56,110 nucleotides of DNA, from the IMG/VR virus record IMGVR_UViG_3300030098_005697, positions 1 through 56,110 of that record, one strand, 5' to 3'. Of the stretch, positions 33,466 to 46,600 are shown in pieces (position 1 is the first letter of the stretch; every line of letters begins with the position of its first letter). The position numbers were made by a program, and so were the translations under genes. This stretch comes from a virus. Taxonomy: Duplodnaviria > Caudoviricetes. Under the pieces are notes generated by a model that was given only the letters and a program-made list of their open reading frames with translations, had not been told where the DNA came from and did not search any database.

Positions 33466-35619
33466 ATGGCAGACAGTCGTGGGAGGCATACTACTGATCC
33501 CCTCATTCTTCGGAACGAGTCTGACCTTCTTGTATCTGCGGCTGAAATTGCCGGATCGATAGAGAATTTTGTCTCAACTCCTGAAGGTGCTCTTCGGTCT
33601 ATCGAAGGTCCACTGCCCTATGTTCCCCGGGATTCAAGCGATGCATTTTCCTCAGAGTATGGGAAGATGCACGGAGTTTACCATACAACTCTTCGCTCAG
33701 GCAGCATAGACTTGCTCCTTCTCCACACAGGTGAGTACGTCTACCGACATCGAGGATGGCTCCCGGGCAATCCATGGGAAAAGATCATCGGGCCTGCTGA
33801 CGCTTTGATCACAATGGACTTGGTAGACACCGATTCTCCTCAGTTCCCCACCCAGTTTGAATCCACCCCTAAAGGTGTTGTGATCGTTCCCCAGCAAGGA
33901 CGAGCGGTTTTCTATAATGGAGAGATGGCTTGTTCGCTGGGGTATGACTCAGTCCCCCCAGCAATCCTCGGAGAAGGGCCTCAAACTACGGCTCCAGAAA
34001 CAGCCTCGACTCACAACGCAAGTGGTTACGCTGTGAGTCGATCCTCGAAGGGTTTTACTATAAATGCCGATTTTGGGTATGGCCGACTGGGAACAGTTCG
34101 AAATCGACCAGTAGCTGATATCCCCGGAGTGTTGCTGTCGGGGTCGTATCAAGCTTCATACCAATGGCTGGATTTTTTTGGGAATCTCTCTCCGCTGTCC
34201 TCACGCTCAAACGAGATCAACTTTGTTTCTCAAGAATGCGATTCAGATGATGCTTCGCCCGAACAGGTAAGAAAGCAGGTCTTGTGGACAAATATCACTC
34301 CTGGTCCCGAAGGCACTATAGGCCGAGTCCTTAGCCGAACCAAAGATGTCCGGAATGCTGGAACCACAGACCTCTTCCTTGTTCCTGGAAATGTGGGTTA
34401 TGGAACTTTCGGAGCTTTTGCTACGCTTCCGGACAACACTTCGACAGTGTGGCCTGATAATGTACCTGACAATTGGATTTTAGCTCGTCCACACGATGTT
34501 ATGCCTGTCCCGACTTTCAAGCTTTGTCGGCTGGCTTTTGGTCGATTGTGGATTGCTAACACAGAGGGTGATCCTGGAGTCCTGATTCCCTCAATGATTG
34601 GACGCTATGGGACATTTATGGCTCACAGCCAGATATACCCAGATCCGAGCGGCGGGGAAATAACAGGATTGTGGTCTACTCAGGGAGGCCTCTTAGTCTT
34701 TACCTCCTCCTCCACCTTCCTTCTTGTTCAGTCAGATGATGGTAAGGGCTTTCGAGTGGTAACTGTTAATGCCACCGTCGGATGCGTTGCCCCATCAAGT
34801 CTCGCAAATATGCCCAATGGTGAGGTGGTTTGGTTGGGCCGCGAAGGATTCTATATTTTCAATGGGCAAGCCGTACAACTCATCTCTGGGCACATCCAGC
34901 GGAAAACCAACAAGATTAACTGGTCTCGGGCCAAGCAGGCTTGTGCAGCTTTCGATACACATTCGAAAGAATATCGGTGCTGGGTTCCACTGGAAGGTTC
35001 TCGGAGGAACGATGCTTGTTTTATCTTCGATGGTAGTGGTTGGCGTCGAAGGCTCCATGAGACTCTCCAATCGGTTTGCGTAACGAAGGACCACCGAAGG
35101 TACATGATTGGTGCAGGACAAGCTCCAGAGGCCCCTGTGCCGCTCTCAACCGATGGTAAAGTGACAAACCATCAGGGAGTATGGGTCTTAGATCGTTCTC
35201 TGGGGAGCTTTATTCCTGAGTCGCCCCAAGCCACAATCGAAACCAGTTGGATTTCTTGGGGTCAATCCCAGCACCGAAGATCTGGTAAGACTGTTTATCT
35301 TGCCTTTAGAGAATCATATCTGGGATCAGCCACGATAAAGGTGTACCGAGATTGGAGAAAGACGGCATCGGTCTACACCGACACCTCCAACGCCACTCTG
35401 TATACCCCTGAGGATGTACCTCCAACCTGGGCCACCACCACATTTGATTCAGACTCCTATTGGGTCAAATCTCGACCTTACTGGAAGCGTGTGGATATTT
35501 CTATCCCAAGCTGCGAGGTCTTTAAGATCGTCATCCAAACCAACCATCCTATTGAATTCATCGGGATGAGCATTGATGTCGAACCAAAAGCCGGTGGATT
35601 TTCAACGAGGATTCCCTAA
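33466..35619 (+). CDS. Tail nozzle/stabilization protein (tubular B / P22 gp10-like)
   Basis: 717 aa, beta-propeller-like. GEITGL, VGCVAPSS, WLGREGFYIFNG, ISGHIQ patterns. Follows the adaptor. Confidence 0.75.
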   Translation: MADSRGRHTTDPLILRNESDLLVSAAEIAGSIENFVSTPEGALRSIEGPLPYVPRDSSDAFSSEYGKMHGVYHTTLRSGSIDLLLLHTGEYVYRHRGWLPGNPWEKIIGPADALITMDLVDTDSPQFPTQFESTPKGVVIVPQQGRAVFYNGEMACSLGYDSVPPAILGEGPQTTAPETASTHNASGYAVSRSSKGFTINADFGYGRLGTVRNRPVADIPGVLLSGSYQASYQWLDFFGNLSPLSSRSNEINFVSQECDSDDASPEQVRKQVLWTNITPGPEGTIGRVLSRTKDVRNAGTTDLFLVPGNVGYGTFGAFATLPDNTSTVWPDNVPDNWILARPHDVMPVPTFKLCRLAFGRLWIANTEGDPGVLIPSMIGRYGTFMAHSQIYPDPSGGEITGLWSTQGGLLVFTSSSTFLLVQSDDGKGFRVVTVNATVGCVAPSSLANMPNGEVVWLGREGFYIFNGQAVQLISGHIQRKTNKINWSRAKQACAAFDTHSKEYRCWVPLEGSRRNDACFIFDGSGWRRRLHETLQSVCVTKDHRRYMIGAGQAPEAPVPLSTDGKVTNHQGVWVLDRSLGSFIPESPQATIETSWISWGQSQHRRSGKTVYLAFRESYLGSATIKVYRDWRKTASVYTDTSNATLYTPEDVPPTWATTTFDSDSYWVKSRPYWKRVDISIPSCEVFKIVIQTNHPIEFIGMSIDVEPKAGGFSTRIP

Positions 35620-36356
35620 TGGCTATTGTATTTCCAAAAGCAGCGATCAAAAGTGGTACGCCTGTTGAGATAGACAAAATTAATGAGAACTTTCGAGACA
35701 TAATCGAAGAAACCCAAGGATCATTGGGCGAGCACAACTGGGCCAAAGATGCTTTTTCGCAAACAGCAGATGTCACAGAAGGCGCGATTGTTCGGAGCTA
35801 TCGGACTTCCCAATCAGTAGAGTGGTATGAGGTTGCTTCCACCTATTCTGGGTCGGTCTTGCAGCAGGATTCTACGTCTGGACCCAGAACACTTCCAACA
35901 AATGCTTACAAAGTCTCGAACAGCCATTTTTGGGAGGTGATAAAGTCTGCGGGAACTGGAACCAATCCCATGGAGATTACGCTGACCACGGGCCACGCTG
36001 CTCTGTGGATTGTCTTCTCGTGTCAGATGGAGTTTTCCTCTTCTACAGATTTGGGTTCTGGCTTCGGCTTGGGCACCAATCTCCCAGGGTTTCAAATCGC
36101 AATAGCTGTTGATGGTGCTGTTGTTCCAGAAACCACAACTGGCTCCTTGGACCCAGGCAATGAAGTCACGGGCGAAGGCATCGGCTACCTCCGAACCCCA
36201 TTAGCGATAGATTGCGTATATCCAGTTCTTCCCGGGAGGCATACTATCTCTGTACAAGCCAGGATGGTTTTCGATAAAGACCGGACGCGGTATAACTCTG
36301 ATGATGACTTCTACGCAGTGTTTAACTCCGAGATGTTCATTATGGAGATGAGGTAA
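35619..36356 (+). CDS. Short tail fibre/spike-like protein 1
   Basis: N-terminal SG...KINENF anchor and beta-rich C-terminus. Confidence 0.55.
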   Translation: MAIVFPKAAIKSGTPVEIDKINENFRDIIEETQGSLGEHNWAKDAFSQTADVTEGAIVRSYRTSQSVEWYEVASTYSGSVLQQDSTSGPRTLPTNAYKVSNSHFWEVIKSAGTGTNPMEITLTTGHAALWIVFSCQMEFSSSTDLGSGFGLGTNLPGFQIAIAVDGAVVPETTTGSLDPGNEVTGEGIGYLRTPLAIDCVYPVLPGRHTISVQARMVFDKDRTRYNSDDDFYAVFNSEMFIMEMR

Positions 36357-37168
36357 TGCCTTACGATTGGACAGGATTAGCGGAGGGATCTGCGCTCACG
36401 GCAGACAGTCTCAATAGTAGATTCACCTCTGTTAAAGAAGAGATTAATGATCTTCCAGAGCTTTCAGTCCAGCCACATTCTCTCCACTCTGTCCATATCG
36501 GATCTCCGGTTGCGATTAAAGGGAAAGCTGCGGTAGGAATCACTACCCATAATTATCGTAATCATTACCCTGGATGGGATAATGATTCCGCCAACTCTTC
36601 CTTTGGGGCCGCTGGTCGTCCGTATGGTACCGGCTGGAATGTCATTTTTGACTCTTCTGGGGCTGAGTTAGCAGTCAATCATACTGCTCTGGCCACCCTC
36701 TCTACCTCCCCAAACTTTGCTTATGTAGTAATGGCAAATATTACTATGCAAGACCTAAGGCACAAATCTACAGTTGCCAACGGGGCTTCGGGAAATCCAG
36801 ACTATGGGTTATTCCAATATGGTGTGTTCAAAATCCAGATCACATCTGATGGTTCAAGTTGGGTTGGGATCCCGGTCTCTGAGCGCTATGCAATGGCAGA
36901 AACAGAAAGTGGACGAGAAGCAGCACCAAGTGCTTATGACTCCGCCACCGACGCCTATAATATGGTGCAGGTTTGGAAAGATATCCCGCTAAGGTTGATG
37001 TTGACCCGTGATCGAATTCGAGAGTTGGGCCTCACTACAGAAATAACCGGAGTACGTGTCGTTACTTCAGTTTCAGAAAGGCATGGAATAGCAGATGAAA
37101 TAAAGCTGGTTTTAGGGCGCTCCAATATTTCAGTCTTCGCGATCTATTGCGCGACAACGGAGGTTTAA
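36356..37168 (+). CDS. Short tail fibre/spike-like protein 2
   Basis: EG...SLNSRF...EIN anchor. Confidence 0.55.
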   Translation: MPYDWTGLAEGSALTADSLNSRFTSVKEEINDLPELSVQPHSLHSVHIGSPVAIKGKAAVGITTHNYRNHYPGWDNDSANSSFGAAGRPYGTGWNVIFDSSGAELAVNHTALATLSTSPNFAYVVMANITMQDLRHKSTVANGASGNPDYGLFQYGVFKIQITSDGSSWVGIPVSERYAMAETESGREAAPSAYDSATDAYNMVQVWKDIPLRLMLTRDRIRELGLTTEITGVRVVTSVSERHGIADEIKLVLGRSNISVFAIYCATTEV

Positions 37169-37169
37169 A

Positions 37170-37814
37170 ATGGGAGATATTACCGGATTAAATACCTTCA
37201 CCTCGGGCACCACTCTGGACGAAGGTCCAGTGAACGACAACTTTTATTCAGAATCAGCTACGAGTTTTCGAGCAATTAATGGCTATTTAGACTCTGATAA
37301 TATGGACGCCTCATGGTCAGTAACTACCGATCAGGTCCGAAATCAAAATTTGGCTAATGGTAAAATGGTAGGACTAACAGGGAATCTGGACTACATCGGA
37401 GAACTTTTTTCTGCTGATGAGACGGACTCCACTACATATGTTCCCATCCCTGGGGCTTCGATCTCGTTCCATTTGCCCTATGCCCCTTCGTTGGTCATCC
37501 TTTCCTGGATGGTTGTGATTACCAACTCGTCTCAAATCAGTGCCTATACTACGGCAGAAAAAGCTAATCTTAGGTTCTATCTTAACAATGAACAAGTTTC
37601 ATTCCAGATAAGAGGCTGTCCTCCTACGTATGATGCCATTACATCGAATGCTCGGCTTCTTTTCCGGGACCGCATTTGGAGTGGACATTCTACGCAGACT
37701 GATTTGGCAAAAGGATTCCACACCGCCAGCATTCGAATCCATTTTCCAGATTCAACAGCAGAGAAAATGGCTCGGGTTCGAGTTCGAAATATAAAAGTTA
37801 TCTATTTTAAGTAA
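37170..37814 (+). CDS. Short tail fibre/spike-like protein 3
   Basis: FTSGT...VNDNF...AINGYLDSDN anchor. Confidence 0.55.
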   Translation: MGDITGLNTFTSGTTLDEGPVNDNFYSESATSFRAINGYLDSDNMDASWSVTTDQVRNQNLANGKMVGLTGNLDYIGELFSADETDSTTYVPIPGASISFHLPYAPSLVILSWMVVITNSSQISAYTTAEKANLRFYLNNEQVSFQIRGCPPTYDAITSNARLLFRDRIWSGHSTQTDLAKGFHTASIRIHFPDSTAEKMARVRVRNIKVIYFK

Positions 37815-37823
37815 GGAGGAGTC

Positions 37824-38264
37824 ATGGGCCTTAGAAGAAAAGTTCGTAGAGCAGCCAAACGAGAAGCAGATGCTGCGGAAAAATATGCCCTCGGACCCTC
37901 TGAGGCCGAGGTTGAACAAGAGGCAGGCAGAGCAGCCACTCAAGCAGGAGCTATTGCTCAGGCAGGAGCGATGGAGCTTCAGCAGGGCCTGATGGGGGGT
38001 AGTTCAGCCCAACAACCCGGCCAGACACAAAAAGCTTTATCTGGGTTTCAGAAAGGTGTTGCTCAGGCTGGTGCAGGGGCACGGCTTGGTGCCCGTGATC
38101 TTTTTGAGAAGATATACATGCAAAAGAGGCAAAATGCCTTGGATCGAGCTTTTCAAGAATCCCAGTTTGCTCGATCAAATGCTGCTAATCTTGCGGGGTC
38201 TGCTTTAGAGGCTGCCGGAGGGATCGCACAGGGAGCCGCCTCTCTGGGCATGGGTGTATCGTAG
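37824..38264 (+). CDS. Small internal virion (ejection) protein
   Basis: Ala/Gly/Gln-rich with amphipathic C-terminus. First of three genes of increasing size, as for podovirus ejection proteins. Confidence 0.55.
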   Translation: MGLRRKVRRAAKREADAAEKYALGPSEAEVEQEAGRAATQAGAIAQAGAMELQQGLMGGSSAQQPGQTQKALSGFQKGVAQAGAGARLGARDLFEKIYMQKRQNALDRAFQESQFARSNAANLAGSALEAAGGIAQGAASLGMGVS

Positions 38265-38273
38265 GAGTCTATA

Positions 38274-40688
<2,415 letters not shown>

Positions 40689-40691
40689 ACT

Positions 40692-43600
40692 ATGGCCAAC
40701 GGAGATCCTATCCCTCGGATTACAGACGAGGATCGCGAAGCGCTGAAGCGTGCCCGCCAACCCACAGCCCCAGCAATAGGTGCGCCAACTCCAGAGCCAA
40801 CAGAACCAGAAACTCAACCAGAAATCCGCACAATCCCCCGGGCAATCCCTACTCCGGAGCCTCGCCCGGGACAACTTCCTTCCCCCGCCAGACGCCTTTC
40901 AATCGAGGATCGTATCTCTCGACAGCGAGAGATGCGTGGCCTAATGCAGGGAACGCAGCCTGAAAAGCCTCTGGAACCGGCAGAACCTACGGGACCCACA
41001 GAAGAGCAAATTGCGGAGTTTCGACAGCACTTTACCAATATAGCTACCAATCAGAACTTCACAGAAAGTGAAAGCCAACTCCTGAATAAATGGCTTGATG
41101 CCTCCACCGGGCAAGGACAGTTTGCTTCCATCCCAAGTTTGGCGCATCTTCAAGATCGCTTGGGGGAAGAGCTTCTTCCGCTCCACGAGCTTCCCGATGG
41201 CTTCCTCTTTGGGCTTCGCCAGGAACAGGTTGCTCGTCATGGTCGCCGACTTCTATCTGGTGATCCAATTGGTTCTACCCAATCTAACTATTATGGTGGA
41301 GCACCTGATGGATATTCAGAGGAAGCCCTTGCATCTCTAAGAGAGAACGAAGCTCCAGAAGCAGTAGCTCTCCTAAAGACCATGTTCCCAGAGGGCGAAG
41401 AGGCTCCACGACCTGGAAGTCCTCAGTGGGAGCAAAAGTTTAATCAGTGGGTGAGTGACTATCTCCGCAACGAGGCTAACGAGGGAAGACTTTATGCAGG
41501 AACCACTCGGGCCGGAACTCGGCTTGCTGCCCTGGAGGAGCAAGGAGCGATAACTCCAGAAGTTATTCTGAAGTCTGGCGCTCCCATTGCTGAAGAGCTT
41601 TTCTTTACTGAGATTGCAAGACCCAGAGAAGAGGACTGGGCAGAAGCGCAGGAGCGGCCTGCTGCCCGAGCGGGGGCACGACTTCGAGAGCGTGAAGCTC
41701 GAATTGAGCAGCTATCTGCGGACCCCCGATACCAAAGAAGAAGGGGAGATCTTCAGGGCTGGCTGGATAAGAACAACTACACTTTGGAGGACATTCAAGC
41801 CGAGCTTGAAGAATACTTTGTCCGTCCGGGAGCCACAGAATCGGTCCGTGTAGGTGAAGTTGTCCTCAGGGACCCAGAAAAGACTCCTCCGATTCTCACT
41901 CAATATGCTCGTGAGCAGTATCTTTCAGCGATGGCAGCCTCTGAGGGCGAACTTCCTGAGTACCTGCCTCAGATTCCAGGTTCTGTCTCCAACCTCCCAG
42001 CTTTCCAGGAAGGGGAGGCTCGCTTCAATACTCCTCCGGGAGAGGTTGCAACTGGAATCTCGCCCGCTCCAGAGGATGCGTCCTCCTGGGAGTATAGGCC
42101 CACACAGCTACAAGTTGAAGGGACTGCTACTGGTCCAGACTATTATGGAGACCGGGCAAGAGAAGCTGGGTTTGATATCGAGGCTGGTATTCTTGACCGC
42201 TTCCAGTCAGAAGAAGCCAAAGACATCGCTCGTCGATCCTTTAATCGGATCTTGGACATCGAGGACCGAGACAAGCGAGCAGAATATATTCGCCGCTTTC
42301 GAGAGGACATCAACTGGCAGAGCGAGTGGATCCAGGAAACAGCCCAGGAGGTCGCGGAATCGCGAGCCTCGGTCGCAGCACAACTACCACGGGCAATTGA
42401 AGTTTCTCTCCCCCTTCGTCCGGAAGATGTTCGTTTAAATATCGATATGCGAGGGCAGATAGATATTGGAACCCTTCGAAGAGATCTTGTTACCTACCAT
42501 AGCGACAAGATTCTGAAAGACCGGTATGAAAATGCTCAGTTTGGTTCTCTGAGTGTCGAAGACAGGGACCTTGTCCTCAAAGATGCAACCTATGCAGCCA
42601 ATGCCGACATCTCGACTTTCACCAGTATTATGGTGGGTTCGGGCGCGCTTATTCTGGATCCTGATCCGCTACAACTAACACGGGATTTAGCCAATCTTCC
42701 TGCTGGACTTAATGTTGCGATGGCGGCGCTGGCCCCAACTCCAACTCATGTTTATTCGCGAGAACATATCACTCAAGGGCCAACAGAAGAGGAGTTTGGA
42801 ACCCGCTACCAAGATGACCAAAGCTTGGTCTCAGTACAGCAGTTCAATAATCGTGGCTTCGTAGACTGGCTCCACCGAGCAAATCCCACCGCTTGGGCTG
42901 CGGCAGTTTTGAATCACTACACATCTGAAGTTGAACTGGGCGAGGCCACAACTGGACGTGTAGCCGATCAGATGTTCATAGATGGACTTACAGAGCAGGA
43001 TACAGAGGTTTCAGTTGCAGACTTAAGCCCTGCGGTGGTTGGAACAAAGTTATTGGCTCGCCACTTGGGCCTTGCATTCGCGCCTGAATCCCAAGACGAT
43101 CTGGCGACTCGAATGCGTCTGATCACTGAAGCACGTAGTGCTCCTGTCCTTTTCAACACCACCTCAGATGCTTTTGGTGACCTTGCTGTCTATAATGATT
43201 TTAGTCCAGCAGCAGAAAAAGCCGCTCGGATTGTGGGCGGCTTCGTTGGGTTCCTCCCAGAGCTTAAATCCCCAGACCCAATCATTGGACTATTGGCTGG
43301 TTTCCGCGTTGCAAACACGGGACGAAAGACCTGGAAAGCGTGGGTAGAAAATACGCCCCGCGTTCTTGAAGAAACCTCCGCTCGATATTTTAAGCAGTGG
43401 GATGAAGCTCGCAGAGCAGATGATTTTCAGGGGATGAATGAGGCAATCACATCCCTTAGGGGAGAGTTGGAACAAGGAAGGTTCTCACTTCTTTCTGTAG
43501 ATTTACCCTACGTGGGGAGAGTCGGGTTCCGCGCTGCGGGTGCTCAGAATGCTGCTCTGCGTCTTGCTGATGTTATCACTGCACAAAGAGCACGCCTTTC

Positions 43601-46600
43601 TCCTGCCTACCAAACACATATGGCAAAGCTTCAAGGAGAAGCAATTCGCGCTCGACAGGCACTTGCCCGTGCATCTCGACGAGCGGGAAGTGAGGCCCCC
43701 GTCCTTCCAGGGGCTGGAGTTAGTCTTCCTGTCCGAAGAGGAATCGCAGTCAGTCAACGTATGCGACAACTTCGGGGAGAGGGTCACTCTCGGGAAGCTG
43801 CGTGGCAGATTGCTAAAGATGAAGTTGCAGAGCAAGTCAACTCTGCCAATGAGGCAATTCGAACTGCAACAAAACCCGGCGCTGTCTTTGCTCGAACCGG
43901 CGATGATGGGCTTGTCTCTTACTATCTCCGAGGAGAAGATGACAAGTGGTATGCCCTGGCGAATCAAACAGATGTTGGGGAAATAGTCGCGGCAGGCCAA
44001 GGCACCATCACCCTGGGCATGCCCGCTGCGGGTGTGCGGGGCTTTGTTGGAAAAGAAGAGATCGCTGGGGTCTTTCGTGGGGTTGGAGACGAGGTTCCAG
44101 TAGAAAACCTACATGGTGCTGTTGAGATTAGTCTTGCCCCAGAGCGGGGGATATGGGGCGCTCTTCGCGAAGCCGACCCAGCGATCCCAGCCCGATTGGA
44201 ATACACGGCTGGTCAGCTTCGTCCTGATCCATTCTTCCGCTACTTGGACAGAGACGAAGGGTTCAGATGGAAAGTAGGGGAAGCTGAATATGCTCCGGGA
44301 ATGGCTGATCTTCCCCTCGTGGGTAAAGAAGCAGTCTCTCGTACAGCTTACAATCAGTACCTGAAATCGCTTGAAGCACGCGCAAAAGCTCTCTCTGCGC
44401 AGTATGAAGAAGCTCTCATAGAGCATGAAAGAATTTCTCGCATAGCAAAAGATTTTGCAGATGAACGCTCTGCGATGCAAAATCAATACCGGGCAGCCGA
44501 GAAAGAAATCCGCCCCATCTATGATCGCATCTCTGAGATTGATGTGACCCTGGCAAGGGCAGAAGAGGCTTTTGCAGCTATTGTAGCTAAAATTGGAAAA
44601 GCAAAACAAGAGCTTCCAACTCTGCGAACAGCCCAAGAAAAGGTCATCCGAGAGTTGGAAAACACTGCAAGAAACATTGCTAAAAACGCAGCGGATCTCC
44701 AGAAGGCCACAACAAAACAGTCTGCGCTCTCAACTAAGAAGGGAGTCACTAAAGACGACTATGTCAAAATAGAGAACACGATACGAAGGCGTCGAGCGGA
44801 CGAGTTCAATCTTGATCTACAGCAGAAGTCCCGACAACAACGCCGGGATCGGATTAACGCTAAAATTGCATCAAACAATCGTAGTGCCGAAGATGGCCTT
44901 AAAGAGATTCAGAGGCTTGTTAATCAAGAAGCTACTCTTCTTGCTGAGAGATTAAAGCTCACAACTCGGGCAGATGGACTTCTATTTTCCATGCGCCTGA
45001 CAGAGACCCGACTCCCAAAGATCGATCCCCAAGCCGAGCTTGCTCTGGCTGATGACTTGGTCTATCCCCCAACAGCTAAAGCACCCGCTCGGGAGTCTAT
45101 AGAAGATGCTGCTCGGAAAGCAGAGCCTATCAGTGATTACGATGTCAATGTTGAAATGGGGTATCCTGGCCGAAATCCGCCTCCTATGCGCCCGCCCACG
45201 CACCAGCTTCGACCTCCAAAGAATGATGCCACAAATCCGGTACGAGGGGAGATGTGGGAAAAATTAAAGGGAAGGTTACTGGACCCTCAAAAGGAGGTGG
45301 ATGACTTGGGAGGGCGTCCGATCACCCGGAGCCGATGGAATCCAGACTCCCAAGCCACGTTTGATCAAGCAAAAGACCTGGCTTTAGGACTGAGGGATGA
45401 TGAAATAATTGTGGCAGTAGACAGTTATCTCCATGCCAATAAATCTTTTTGGGACACCGTCCATACGATGCCTAAGCCTTTTACGGACGATGCATATAAG
45501 GCTTGGCCAGCAAGCCCCGAGGTCATCCCCGATCCCCAGGTTCGGGCAATCTGGAACCACCTTCACAACAACATCGATCACCTCGAAGATGTCGGTAATA
45601 GTAAGAGTGGCACAATAAATTGGAAATGGAACCAAGAAGAATGGTCAGAAATAGCTCAGACCATTAGCAAAGAGGACTATATTTTTGACGCTGCTGATGG
45701 AATGAAGCCGCAAGACGAAGTCTGGAGAGAAGCATTAGAAAACATTAGAGAGTGGCGTAATATAATTGCGGAAAAACATAATATCCCTGATTATACGCCT
45801 TATACTCCCGATGCCTGGGACGAGGCAGCAATCGCAGCCCGAAAAGCAATAGCGGAGAAGGAAGCGGGCAGAGAGGCCACTCGCCTTGAGGCTCTTGACA
45901 CTCGTGTTCAGGAACGCCTACAGCGTCAACCTCCCGCCCCGGGAGCAGCAGATGATGTACCACTTGAGATGTCAGATGCTGGAATTACGATTCCACCAGA
46001 GGTTCGACTCAGAGAGTTGGAAGAGGCAATAGAGGCCCTCCCACGACGCGGAACTCTTGGGCCAACAGAGGCTCCGATTGGAAGAACCAAAATCCCAGGG
46101 ATCAAAGAGGACATTTTTGAGCCTCCTCGGGTTCCTCGAAAGGTCAGTGATCGAAAGGTTAAGGCAGCAGAAAAGAAACTCGAAGAACTTTGGTCGGAGC
46201 GTGAAGCTCTTCATGCAGAGCGCAAAGCTATAACTCAATCAATAGTCGATGGCCGCGCCAGTTGGGCAACCCATAGTGGGCCGGGTTCTCGACGCTTTGC
46301 CATAGGTGAGCGGCTTAAGGAACTTGAGGACCTGAAGAAGGCCGCAGAGAAGGAAGTGAGGGCTGCTAAGGCGGCTCGGAGTGAGGCACAAAGTAAGATT
46401 GAGGCTCTACCGGATAGACCTGTCCGGAGAAAGCGCAGCGATACCGAACCAATTCCTCCGCATCGTCTTGAGCGTGCCTTGGAAGATCAGCCCTCTCCTC
46501 CAGTCCCCACCGCCGAGATGGTAAAACGCCTAAAGGATTCAGCCAAGGCCTCGAAGAAAGATTTAAATCTGATTCGAAGAGAGCTTCGAGATGTTTCTCA

